Positions 26,690-38,680 are shown, counted from the whole stretch's first letter. The stretch is 56,754 nt of DNA, filler included, from Bipalium vagum (GCA_037834085.1; 3 parts of 3 records of this genome joined end to end with filler, not necessarily neighbours in it), one strand, 5' to 3'. Numbers and translations: made by a program. The notes: generated from the letters alone by a model not told the origin.

Positions 26690-28029
26690 TTTATTATTTT
26701 TTTAAGAAAAGAAAATATACTTGGAGTCAGATAATAATATTTTAAAAATTGTTTAATATTTGTGTGAATATTAACCAATACAAAACGGAAATTAATCAAA
26801 TAATTTTAAATATAAAAAAGATTATATAGTTTTATCTGAAAAATATGGAAAATCTTTAGTATTTTCATGCAATTGTTTTAATCCACCACTGGAGTTACTA
26901 AAACCAGTATAACAATTTTAATTTCTTTGATTATTTACTGTTGTATTTATCGATAATAAGTTAAATATGTTACTTTAATGGAAAAAAACGCGATTTATCA
27001 TAGAAATATTTTTAAAATCAATGAAACCTTTCATTTCGCAAAAATAGTTTTAAAAAATTTTATTAATTTAATTAAAAGTTAATTAAATAAATAAAAATAT
27101 TTCATCTTGATAGACATTGCATTTCTGCAACTGTTTGAAACTATTGAATAAAATGAATGTGTCGGAATCAATTTCCATTGGAAAGAGAAATGGTGATAAT
27201 TCTTTCGATTTATTAAAACAAAATAATTTACTTTATCTTCAATTTAATTGATGCCAAAACATTATATTTATTATATAATTTATTTTTAAAAAAATAAATA
27301 AAATAAATTTAGGAATTTTAATATAAAATCAGGGACAGTAAAAATTCTGATCATAAATCCAAAATTAGGTTTTTTGCCAGAAATTTACAGAATTTATTTA
27401 TTTATGTCAGTTACGAAAAGTAACATAGTTTTATTATTTACACAGTCAAACTATCTTTAATACATGATAACATTTAATTGCCACCCATATAATTTCATTC
27501 GTAAGAAATAATCTTAAAATTTATTCTTTTCACAATCTTTACACTCGTCCTTCAATCTATTGAAAAGAAGTCCTTTTTCTAGACAATCAAAAGAAATGGA
27601 AAATCGTTCATATTTATATACCTGTACAATCATTTTTATCAATATTGATGCTTTTATAAGATAAATAATAATTAATAATTTCCACGGCCAAAGTTGAATA
27701 TTAAATATATTTTCTACTTTTTCTCTGAGATTTGATTGGTTCTTAATGACCAATAATATATTACTCAAAAGAATAACAGGCCCGGTAATAAAAATTAAAC
27801 ATGATTTATAATCATAATCACGAAGTAAAAATAACTAATAAACTTATGATTAGAAAATTTAGCACAACGAATTATAAGGCAGTCATAATAAACATCATAA
27901 AGCCTCTAATATAACAGAATACAACCACTCAGAAATCTGCCATTCTTTTCGAAATGGTGGGATCATTATATCTATTTTGCATATATAACGGTTTCATGAT
28001 TATGTTGTTGAAAATATGATTTGCTAGAT

Positions 28030-28172
28030 TAAAACTCCATTGTACTTTTTAATACCTTCTGCCATCTTTCCACTAAATTCATAATGCCAAGTTCGTAGAA
28101 CTCTGGAGACTTACTCGCAAAAAACAGGTCAAGTTGCCTTTAAAAAGCGCACGAACTTAGTTGCCAACCCAA
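28030..28172 (-). mobile_element. Mariner deletion derivative (TIR fused to transposase tail)
   Basis: The minus strand has TA|TTGGGTTGGCAACTAAGTTCGTGCG, directly followed by QLDLFFASKSPEFYELGIMNLVERWQKVL. Confidence 0.85.
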
Positions 28173-31008
28173 TAGTTACGTATCTGCAACATCAGTTGCT
28201 TCTTGATTGTCACTTATAATTATAAATATTATAATATTAATTATAATTATACAATTATAAATCAATTTTCGCACTTTATAAATATAATAGTGTAAAATTT
28301 AAATTAAAGACTCTAAATAATAACTCATTTGAAATGTTTTGGAGTTTTTATGCTTAATATAAATTAAGCTTTTCTTTCTTTTTGTTCATTATTTTTGAAT
28401 ATTATTTATAAAAAATGTTCAAAATGATAAGGATTTTTTTATTTGAACTTCCGCAAATTTCGTTTTGTAATAGCAAATCAAAAACTGTTTTTTTAAAGAC
28501 CTATAAAAACAATGGATTTTTAACAGCATTAAAATATGTCTGTACATATCCTGTACAAATATTTTTCAGATTGGACATATAGTTGGTATTCACAGACTTC
28601 TCCATTTATCTATAAATATATGTAATATTATATTAGATGTAAATATCAGAGCAAAAACTCAGTAATCACATTTAGGGGCAACATTTTTGCTTTAGAAAAA
28701 TCAATTTTAAAATGGAAATTTTGATCCTTGAATTTTTAAAAATTGTCACTGTGACTTCTATCTCCATTATAAGCTTATAACAAAGAAAATTTATTACACG
28801 TAAAAATTTTTAGGCTTAAAATGAAATTTCAGAAATAACAGTATTATAACGGCCTAGTTCGATTGTCTGAACAGTTACAAGGGGCTTATATCTGGACTCA
28901 CCATCTCCCTCGAAGGAAATGTAAATAAAAAAGAATCACGAATAAACAAAGCGATTAACTAAATAAAGTATATTTGTATACAAATGCAAGGTTAGATCTT
29001 TGATACATTTGATAATTTTTTAATTAATAAAATACCTTCTTGACTTTATGATAGTCAAAGAAGTCCTAATAACAAAATGCATATTCTGTTGCCTAGAGCG
29101 AAACAGAATCGAATTACTAAGAGAACAATAAAAAAAGAATATAAGAGAATATTAGAAAGTTTGTGATGAGAAGAATTTACTTCTATCACTAAATAGACGT
29201 TAGTTAATAAACTATTTTAGTTAACTCTATCGGTTACACACTTAAGGAATTAATACAAATTCCTTATCCTTATTATTATTACCGGCGTCTATAAATTTCT
29301 TTAAGTCGAATAGGTATAAGCGTATTCTAAGAGTTATTAAGTGCATTTTGAATGTGAAAACCAAGAGTTTATATATCCTTGCTTTCCACATGCTAGAGCT
29401 TCTCATTGGCTCTATTCAAACTTTCTAATAATAATAATAAATTTATGCATGGGCGATTATTTTAGGTAAGTTTTTGTGCCTAATGATATAAATATGCGTA
29501 AGTGATTACTATTTTAAGTAAGTTCCTATATTATAGAACTTACTATATTTAGTAACACTAGTCCAACATCATTTATTTATAGAAGTTGCTTTATTTTTTT
29601 ATGCTACACCACGCATGGAATTCTATTACTTCGACAACTATAAAAAATGCTTTTCACATACAGATTTTATTTCACAATAGCCAAATTATTCAAAATGTAG
29701 AGTTACGTAATATTTTTGATTACCGGGGCATTGTCTGAGAAGACCTACAAAAGCAGTAATTTCTCGATGCTGATCATCAAGTTTTAGTAGCAGCTCCATT
29801 GTTAGAAATAATTAAAATGGAGAAGCAAGTTCCAGAATGCCACAAAACCTAATTGATTCAAAGCATTACTGATAACAGTACAACGGTGATTATAAATGAG
29901 AAAATATTTTACCTCTCAGTTAAATAACGAGATAATATTCTATCAAATTGACACTTTAATTGCAGCAGTAGATTTCACTTCCAAGCAACACCAGACGAAA
30001 ATATTTATTTCCATAGTTTAAAAATGTGTTGGTAATTTGTTTTTACATTTTCAACTTTTGTTCTTTAATTTATAATTTTTTATTTTATATTGGATAACAA
30101 TAATTTAAAGTCTTTAAAAAAGAATACCTCGATAAAATGACAAGTCCTTTGAGTTCGCCTGCTTTTATCATATTCCTAACGAATTACTTATTAAAACTAT
30201 TGAGTAACATTTAAACCTATGTTCCATTCCTCAGCACCCTACTACTATAATCATAAACTTTATTAAATGTTTTATTTTATTTAACAATAATTAATCAATA
30301 TATTTTCAATTATTCAGTCATTATCATTTTAAATAAAATTAATCTTTTTATTATTTTTCGGATTATTATTTTTAATAATGATTATTTCATTCTAATAAAA
30401 AGTGGAACTTTTTTTTTTATTATTTTTCATCTAAGTTTAAAAATAAATTTTATCTTTTCATAATTAATTAAATCGATTATTTAATGTTTCGTTTTCCAGT
30501 TCAAAATAAAATTAACAATAATTATTTTTATATCACATATTCCTTTTATCAAAACATAAATATACTTCTGTAATTTTTGGTTTTTCGAACTGCGAACTGT
30601 TTCCAAGCTTCGGTAATATTCTCATGGAATCCAAACTATTTTAAGATCGGCACCTCACAGAGCGACTATATCGTGCGAAAATACACACACGCACACACAT
30701 TTTCAGAGTACGAAAATTGTCACCACTTCATGCGCACATTTTTGAAAATAATAGTTTATTATTAAATCAAACTGTTCAACAAACAAGTGAAATATGAAAA
30801 CAACTAAAAGTTTGTAAATATCGACAATATTCACTACCGTCGGAAAGCATATACACTGTGTACTGTGTGCCTCGAAATATACTTTGTTTTAAATACTAAA
30901 TATACAATTATAAGATTGGCTATTTCGCTCGGAGAGCAAAATAGAGAAAAATCAATAGTTTACCATCAAAAGCACAATATGAAAAATTATCAATCAAATC
31001 AATTTCTC

Positions 31009-31091
31009 TTATATTTGCTGGAACTCTTCTACCATTCTTTGCATATCGTTGCTAAGCAATTGGTGATTTCGCTTTTCATTTTCTAACGCTT
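31009..31091 (-). CDS. Tpm: Tropomyosin, terminal coding exon (83 nt)
   Basis: ATATAG acceptor, phase 1. Reads (E)ALENEKRNHQLLSNDMQRMVEEFQQI*, the length and pattern of tropomyosin exon 9. It completes a 249-aa ORF. Confidence 0.88.
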
Positions 31092-32398
31092 CTATATTTA
31101 TTAAAAAAAATAAATATATTATTATTTTTATTCACAGAAATAAATCATTAAATAATATTAATGTTTTTATCAATATTTATTTAACATTAAAAAATAATCA
31201 ATAGTAAAATTATCAATCATAAGAATAAATTTTAATTCAATTAGATTTTTTTAAAATATTCATTAAAAAAAATTCGGAAGAATTCTTTGGTGAAATCTGT
31301 AGAATTTTATATTAAAAAATCAGAATTATATTCAAAGTTGTCAAGGTAAAAAAACTAAACATAAGTCCAATTTTTAAAAAAATTTATATTTATCCAGATG
31401 GCAAATTACTTACTATCAATCAATTTTTTTTTCGAAAAATTCAGTTTACACGTATAAAAATATGAAATTTGATAATATTTCATCATAAAGTACTCAATGG
31501 AAAACCAATTGATCTTGATTGCTTTAATTTAATTATTATTAAATGATTTACAAAAATGAAATAACCAAAGTTAAAATGTTGAGGAAATAGAATTAATTTT
31601 TAATATTTACCTATTATATATTTGTGAAATCAATAATAACTAATATAAATAATTATATATTGGTTATTAATATAAATGTTATTGATTATAAAATAAGATT
31701 ATTTATTGAAATTCTGTTTCACATATGATTTTCCAAGACCAAAAGATACTTAAATAAACCTTCAATTCAGCTTTCTCGCATTCTAGTCATCATTCAATTT
31801 TTTCAAAACCCCCTTTCAAAGTGCATAAATAATAATGGAAAATATAATCAAGACCAAAATACTTGTCAAATTGTAACTATTAAATACAAGACTTCAAGAT
31901 CAAACTCATTTTCTCACTATATTTTTCAGATTCAAATGTTAAATAAACTGTTAATCACAATTGATTTTTAATAATCTCAATCAAGTGTGTGCCAATGTGA
32001 ATTTTTCAATATTTAATCTGTAAAGAAAACCTGGTAGATCTCACTCTTAGAATGGAACAGTAATAGTACTGTTTTCAAAAACCAATGAAAAAATTATTTT
32101 CTAGAACTTTTAAAAAAACTTTGATTGATTTCAAAAAACAAATTTCTTAAAAATATTACATAAACCTTAATTTCAACAATTTTTTACTAAAAAATATAGG
32201 AAAAATACACAAAGAAATTAAATCGCTATCAAATAAACAACTTTTAAAATACTTATTTCTTTTATTGATCTTTTTTTTAAAACTTGTTAAAAATTGGTCA
32301 TATCTGCTTAAACATTTAATGATTTAATTTAAGCTTTAAAAATTTATTAAATTATTCCAGGTTATTATTAAAATATTAACCTCATCACAAACTTAGTT

Positions 32399-32634
32399 TC
32401 AAAACAAAAAAAAATTTTGTACAATATTATGAATCATGCAAATAAGGATTAAGTACAATGAAAATAGGGCGTGATTTATGTTTTCCGGATTGTTTTCAGT
32501 ATGCATCATAGCAGTATCCCTGCTTGACATATTCTGTTTCGTCTGATTTGATTGCAGTTTGAAATGATTCAGAGGCATACTTTCTTTCTTCTTACGATCG
32601 TCAGCATATTTTGTGTGAAATCCATTGAAAGAAT
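32399..32634 (-). CDS. Candidate alternative terminal exon of tropomyosin (non-coiled-coil, hydrophobic C-terminus)
   Basis: An open frame inside the last tropomyosin intron, on the same strand. The CTCAAAG|AT acceptor is phase 1 and matches the upstream donor. Reads (D)SFNGFHTKYADDRKKK...HALFSLYLILICMIHNIVQNFFLF*. Confidence 0.35.
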
Positions 32635-32661
32635 CTTTGAGCATTAAACAATTTTTTCTTT

Positions 32662-32767
32662 AAATTTGGCAATAGTAGTTATTAGTTGAACAATAATCGG
32701 AGATACCAGGATTCAAACCAAGTACTTGTCACATGCGCAAGGACTGCTCTGATCACTGAGCTACATC
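32662..32767 (-). mobile_element. tRNA-Ala-derived SINE-like repeat, copy 2 (more decayed)
   Basis: Reverse complement GATGTAGCTCAGTGATCAGAGCAGTCCTTGCGCATGTG..GGTTTGAATCCTGGTATCTCCGATTA aligns with 25697-25800, including the 3' tail. Confidence 0.75.
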
Positions 32768-32799
32768 AGTCCCTTTAGGTATATATAAGGAGTAGTGTA

Positions 32800-33270
32800 T
32801 TGGTGCAAGCTTGAACAAAGGTGGCGTCGAAAGATCATTTTAATTCGAAGAGCCAATTTATATGTGTCACATGGATTATTTTCAGTTGCTTAGAATACCG
32901 CCTTGGAATACACAATTCTAGGTATACTGGAATGTGGGTCATCCTGAAGATTGGTGCGACCCTTTTTTGAAGCATTTTGAGTCTGTGCGAATGGGAATAT
33001 CTTTTCCTTCAATGTCACATAGTCTTGCGACCGCTTCTTTTGCATTTAAACTTTGTTTCCAATAATAAAGCAAAAGCACTGTAATTTTAAAATTTTCCAT
33101 ATTCCTCCAACATAATAATATGATTTTTTTTTCTTTATATTTTACATTTCATATTAAAGCTAATTTAGAAATCTATGAAATGATGTATTACTTTCCAAAA
33201 TTAATAAAATATATCAGCTTTAAATATCATAATATATAGTGTAAAAACACGAATTTTTGGTTCACCATAA
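32800..33270 (-). mobile_element. Mariner 5' half (TIR plus N-terminal HTH region)
   Basis: TA|TTATGGTGAACCAAAAATTCGTG terminus. Reads MENFKITVLLLYY..KQSLNAKEAVARLCDIEGKD..GRTNLQDDPHS. Confidence 0.75.
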
Positions 33271-34052
33271 TAGTTTTAACATTAAAATTTTTCGTGACAG
33301 GACAATTTTTATATAAGAAATCTATCAGGTTGGTGTACACTCAATAATTAAAACATTAGGACTCTGTCAAAGATAAACTATCAATCCAGAATTCACATAA
33401 CAGTTAACATGATCTTAATTTGATGAATATATATATCAGTTTTATGAATATTTAAATAAAGAGCATGATACATCGAAAATTTAATTATAATTATTTATTA
33501 TAAATGCTGTATTTCGAAAGCATAACATAAACTAACAAGATATATTAAGTTAATCATGTTTTTATGTAATTTTTAAATTTTTTGAAAAGTATTGATTTAA
33601 TATTAATTTTTAAAAAATCGTTATAAAGTTATAATTTATTAAAAAAAAGTAAGGCATGAATTATATTGACTCAAAAAATCAAATTTTTATGGTATGCAGA
33701 AAAAATAAAATTCTAATGTCATTTTATTAAATCGAAAATATTAATACTTTATAAGTTATGGTGTTTCAAAATACTTAACATAAGTAATTTTAAAATTTTA
33801 CATAAATGAAGACTACAATCTATTTCAACATATATTTATCTGGAAGCCTTAATAAATCGATTGAAGATTTTCAATATTTTGTGATATATTTATTTTCATA
33901 GTACATTGAAGTAGATACAATGACTCTTCATACCTAACTGGGTTCATGAGCCTCAATTAGCAAATTATCACAAGATTACATTTTAATATTTTTATTTATT
34001 TACCAATATTATCTAAATGAGACCAAATTTCCCTATTATTTTTAACCTATTA

Positions 34053-34158
34053 CAGGGTTTTAAGGTTAACTGCAATTAAATTTTTTAACAAAATTTAAAT
34101 TAAAATGTATAAAGTTTAAATTAAATTTGTATTGGATTAAATTAACTTGAAAACCCTG
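34053..34158. mobile_element. 106-bp Tc1/mariner-type MITE
   Basis: TA|CAGGGTTTTAAGGTTAA ... TTAACTTGAAAACCCTG|TA, with TA flanking both ends and a non-coding interior. Confidence 0.8.
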
Positions 34159-35503
34159 TATTCATTATTTGCTACACGTTAATCAATCAATGCCTTAGTT
34201 AATTTTTAATGACTACTAATATTACTATTTTTGAATTCATTGAAGATTAAGAACAGAATTAAATATGTTGATCTTATTAGAAATATTAAATAAGCATAAC
34301 TTTTTTTTACATTTTTATCCTTCAAATAATTAAGGCAGTGTCGAAAAATATTCGGCTTGATTAGATATTCTCAGAAATCTGATTTTTGTCAAAGTCTGTG
34401 CATTCTGAGGCAAACCTATTTTTTTCTAATTACAAAAATTAATTTAAAATCTATATTAATAAAATTTTCTCAATGATTTTAATTTCTTAATATAAAAAAT
34501 ATTATCAATAAGCACTAAATTTATTTTCAATTATTTGATATTTTTAATTTAACGACTTTTCTTACACAATAATAAAACCTTGACAAGTAAATAATGTCAT
34601 TCTATAACCTTTGGTTTTAAACTCAAATAAGTCATCAAAATAATATTTATTAATCATAATAAAAGAATTGAAATACTCAAATTTGAACAGATAGTAACAA
34701 TATATATAGGACCTGTCAGCTAAATCTCGGCAAACATTTATTCGAGAAAATCATTTAATAATAATAACAATAGGTGAAGTCATATTTAGAGAATATATTT
34801 TTGTTCGTCAGCTTCAATTAAAAATTAACTAATACATTAAAAACCGTTTTGAGTAATTACTCATTGATATGTCTAGTCAGACTAGGAATACAAGCACATC
34901 TTGTACTTTCTTCACTTTTCAAAGACACAATGAAATTTGACATTAATATCCAATTTTCAGATTCAATAAATTAGGGAAACTATAGATCTGGATCAATTTA
35001 TTAATCATTTCCTTTCAATCTAAACGTCAGAATTCCAGTAAAAAAATTCACTAATTAAATAGTTGCGGACGACCCACAGTCATCAGAAATTTATTGACAT
35101 TATTTGCAGCTCTTCTTTACACAATTCTTTAGGTTCTTTGGTTGGTTTTCATCTCCCGGTTTTGCTTTTCGTGAAAAGGAATGGTTTTGAAGTATGACAA
35201 GGTTCTTTTTCAAACGAAAAATAATATTTTGGGGAAGGTTGAGCACCATCAAACTTAAAAAATCAGAAAAACTGATATTTTCGTACGATTTTCAGAACGT
35301 TCACCACTTTTATAATTATTACAACTGTAACTTTATTCCAAATCTATTTTAGTTTTTATTTTAATTTTAAAATGATCATCCATGGTCAATTCTTATTTTA
35401 AAAAATCAATTGTTTATATAATTGAAAATAAAGATGCAACTTTCCGGATTTGGCTGTAAGCCCTGTATATTTAAACATATATAACCCACCGCACATAACA
35501 TAC

Positions 35504-35573
35504 CTTCTAATTGGTCTAAAGTTATTTGTCGTTCTGACAATTCTAAATCGGCCTTTTCAGTGCGCTTTTCTGC
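35504..35573 (-). CDS. Tpm: Tropomyosin exon (70 nt)
   Basis: TGTCAG acceptor and G|GTATGT donor. Reads AEKRTEKADLELSERQITLDQLE. 70 nt is the conserved exon 8 size. Confidence 0.93.
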
Positions 35574-35618
35574 CTGACAGAAAAATTTAGTGAAAAAAAT
35601 AAGACCGAAAATTATTAC

Positions 35619-35681
35619 ATCTTCTATTTTTTTCTTCAATTTCTTTACTTCTGACTCAAATACTTGGTCTCCACTTTTTAC
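35619..35681 (-). CDS. Tpm: Tropomyosin exon (63 nt)
   Basis: AAAAG acceptor and GAT|GTAATA donor. Reads VKSGDQVFESEVKKLKKKIED. 63 nt is the conserved exon 7 size. Confidence 0.88.
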
Positions 35682-35725
35682 CTTTTACTATCTTTAAGAA
35701 TTATTTAGAAATGATTTAAACAAAC

Positions 35726-35801
35726 TTCTTTTTCTGTTTGTTCCATAACCTTTATTGAATTTGTCAAACAATTGATTTCCAAAATCAATTCTTTCAATTT
35801 T
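35726..35801 (-). CDS. Tpm: Tropomyosin exon (76 nt)
   Basis: TTTTAG acceptor and GAA|GTTTGT donor. Reads KLKELILEINCLTNSIKVMEQTEKE. 76 nt is the conserved exon 6 size. Confidence 0.9.
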
Positions 35802-36656
35802 CTAAAAAATCAAATATTTTAAATTTATAATAATCAATATTATTAATAAAATTATTTATTAGCTCAAAATTCAAAAATAATTGTAGTAAGAAAAACTTAG
35901 ATCTAAAAATATTAAAACTGAAGTTCCCTTTTTAGTTATGATTATTTTTAATATTAGAGAAAATATAGTATTACTTATCGAAAGATGAAAATTGTTACAT
36001 AATCGATGTTATTCAAAGAGTTTCTCAATTCCAGGGTATGCCAGCCAGCCGTTTCACATAATAAAAAAAACTTAAAAATAAAAATAAAGTTACCACACAC
36101 GTTGGGCGCCAGTAACCAGTGTTAATTATTGAATTTTCATACAAGTGGAAATCATAAATGGATTTATAAATGTAAAAAATTATTTCAGTAAATTTTATTG
36201 TTAAGTTTTCTTTGTTACTGAGAAATTTTTCTTTGAATGGAAAAGATATAATATTCAACATCTAAAATTGCTTAGTGATAAGATTTGTGGCTGAAACGAA
36301 AAAAATGTCCATTTAAGTTTACATGTGACGAGATTCCAAGTATTAGTACAGTCAACCCTCTGTAGTTTGATGCGATCTGTTTTCAATAAATATTATTTTA
36401 ATTAATATTATTTTAAAAACTTAAAAAGTCAATAAATATTTAATTATATTTTTTGATTTCATAAAAAATTAATTTTTAAAACTATATAATTTCAAATTAA
36501 TAATCTTTAAATTTATTTCCCTTCATCCTCATTCGCTTTATTTAATAAACGATAAAGTCTTCTGTTGTACCGTTTTACAATACCCCCAACCTTCAGTGCA
36601 TCGTTATGGTTTTTTGTCTTATTAAAAATTTAAATAAAAAAATTCAAAGTAACTAC

Positions 36657-36727
36657 TTTTGCAAGCTATCGTATTCTTCTTCTGTGCTCTCCAATATACT
36701 TTCGGCTGTAATCAGTTTTCTAGTTAC
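36657..36727 (-). CDS. Tpm: Tropomyosin exon (71 nt)
   Basis: TTTCAG acceptor and AA|GTAGTT donor. Reads VTRKLITAESILESTEEEYDSLQ. 71 nt is the conserved exon 5 size. Confidence 0.93.
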
Positions 36728-37134
36728 CTGAAATCACGAATACATGTAAGACGTCAAAATTGTCTGTTTAATATGGATTATTATTGAATCATTCGCTACA
36801 GTAACAGATCAATCATGATTGGTCAGAAACATTAATTTTTCAAATAGATCTATACGAAAAATTAATTTGTTTCATTTTTTCATTGATTCGATAACAGACT
36901 GAGGAGACTAAGGACAAATCATAAAAACATAATTTTCGATTGATTAATGACAAAAAGTTTTTAAAATCGATGTATTTTTAAGTTAAAAAAATGACTTTTA
37001 AATAATAAATCACTAAAAATTTCAAATATTATTGAATTAAGTTTTTCTTTTCCAAATAATGAATTTTAAATATTCATGTTTGCTTTCTATAGTATAATTT
37101 TACTGGACAACTTAATCAAATAACGATAATCTAC

Positions 37135-37252
37135 CTCTTCATACTTTGCTTCTGCCTCCGTTGCTTGATCGGTTGCTTCTTTAACCAAAAGTTCCAATTG
37201 ATACATTCTATCATCATCTGTATCGTGTCGGCTTTGCAATTGCTTACGAGAA
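37135..37252 (-). CDS. Tpm: Tropomyosin exon (118 nt)
   Basis: TATCAG acceptor and GAG|GTAGAT donor. Reads SRKQLQSRHDTDDDRMYQLELLVKEATDQATEAEAKYEE. 118 nt is the conserved exon 4 size. Confidence 0.95.
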
Positions 37253-37295
37253 CTGATAAACAATAAAACAAACTAAAAATAAATAAAAATATTAC

Positions 37296-37429
37296 CGTTC
37301 ACATTCTTCAGCTGTAAATGTAATGTCTTCAAGTTTAACTTTGGCCTCTTGTAATCTCTTTTCATTGTCATCCAAATCGTTTTCTAGAACTCCTATCTTA
37401 CGGGTTAACAGAACAACTTGTTTGTCTAA
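37296..37429 (-). CDS. Tpm: Tropomyosin exon (134 nt)
   Basis: TTTCAG acceptor and CG|GTAATA donor. Reads LDKQVVLLTRKIGVLENDLDDNEKRLQEAKVKLEDITFTAEECER. 134 nt is the conserved exon 3 size. Confidence 0.95.
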
Positions 37430-37516
37430 CTGAAACGTTAATTGCGATTAAAGAAAAATTAATGTTAAGTATAAAAGTTATTAATAATTGACAGATATCT
37501 TAAAACTTTACCAAAC

Positions 37517-37651
37517 CTCATCTCGTAAATTTTGCTCTTCTTTCAATTTATCTTCTTTGGAAATTAATTGTTTTTCCAAATCTTCAATTTCTTTTCGAAG
37601 CTCCTCGATCTTTTTTTTAAAAATAGAAACTAATTCGGAATTATCAATCAT
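37517..37651 (-). CDS. Tpm: Tropomyosin, first coding exon (short / low-molecular-weight, exon-1b type)
   Basis: ATG at 37651 and GAG|GTTTGG donor. Reads MIDNSELVSIFKKKIEELRKEIEDLEKQLISKEDKLKEEQNLRDE (45 aa), with the xKKKI motif of short tropomyosins. Confidence 0.9.
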
Positions 37652-38680
37652 AATCACCTAAAGATAAAATACAGTATTTATTTATTAATAGAATTTGTGT
37701 GATAAATTGAAACAAAAGATTCAACTGTTAACATAAATGTATTTTATCTAAACTAAATAAATGAAAATGTATAATTAAATATTTGGTTTTATGGATATAA
37801 ACAGAAGTATTTAAAGTAAAATAATCCCAAAAATGGACATGTATCTAATTTTAAGAAAAATATAAAATTTAAATTATTTGAAAGTAAAATTCCCTATTAT
37901 TGACAAGTAACTGCAATTTAAAAATTGTGTTGTAATAGTTTTTTTATATTTAACTTTTTATTCAAAAATGTATGTAACAATTACAAAATTAGAGTAGGAT
38001 AATTTCATATGATAAATTATATTTAATCCACTTTCGTAATGTGAGACAATAATAATCATTATAACATCATGAAATAAGTTTAAAATTAATTTATCTTTTG
38101 GAATTATACTCTAATTGATTGATTGATAATATAGAGACACGTCTTCGATAACCTATAAATGGATGATGTTAAACTAGTAACTTCAAGCTGTATACTTAAT
38201 CGAGGTTGTGGAGTTCCTCTTCAGATCAGCTGGTTGTTTTGACTTAGAATATCCATGGCATATCTCTCTTTAGAATTCACTCGCTTATGCTCAAAACGAA
38301 CATGGGGAAGCCATGTTGCTACTTGTCTACCGGATGACAATAGAAAACGGAAATAGGTAAAAATTTATATAAGTCGCATGAATTTGAAGAATTTGAAATT
38401 ACTTTAAATTATATACAATGCCGTCCATATGTTTTGGACCACCTTGTAAATATCGAAATAATTGTTGATTACAAATTATATTAAAAGTTTTATGATTTGA
38501 ACTATGTTAATTTAGAAATATGTTTGTTAGTTTTAAAACTCATTAAAAATTATTTTAAAAAATTATTGTATAATTATTAAAATAGATTTGTTATGTTAAG
38601 GCTTTTTTAAAATTTTGATGTCATTTAAATATATAAACTATTTTAAGGATAAATTTAATTTTTAAGTAAAATCTATATGT

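Noticed and set aside
38140-38330. Additional Tc1/mariner C-terminal remnant, or tropomyosin 5' exon
   Set aside because: Only vague motif traces are present and neither reading can be supported.
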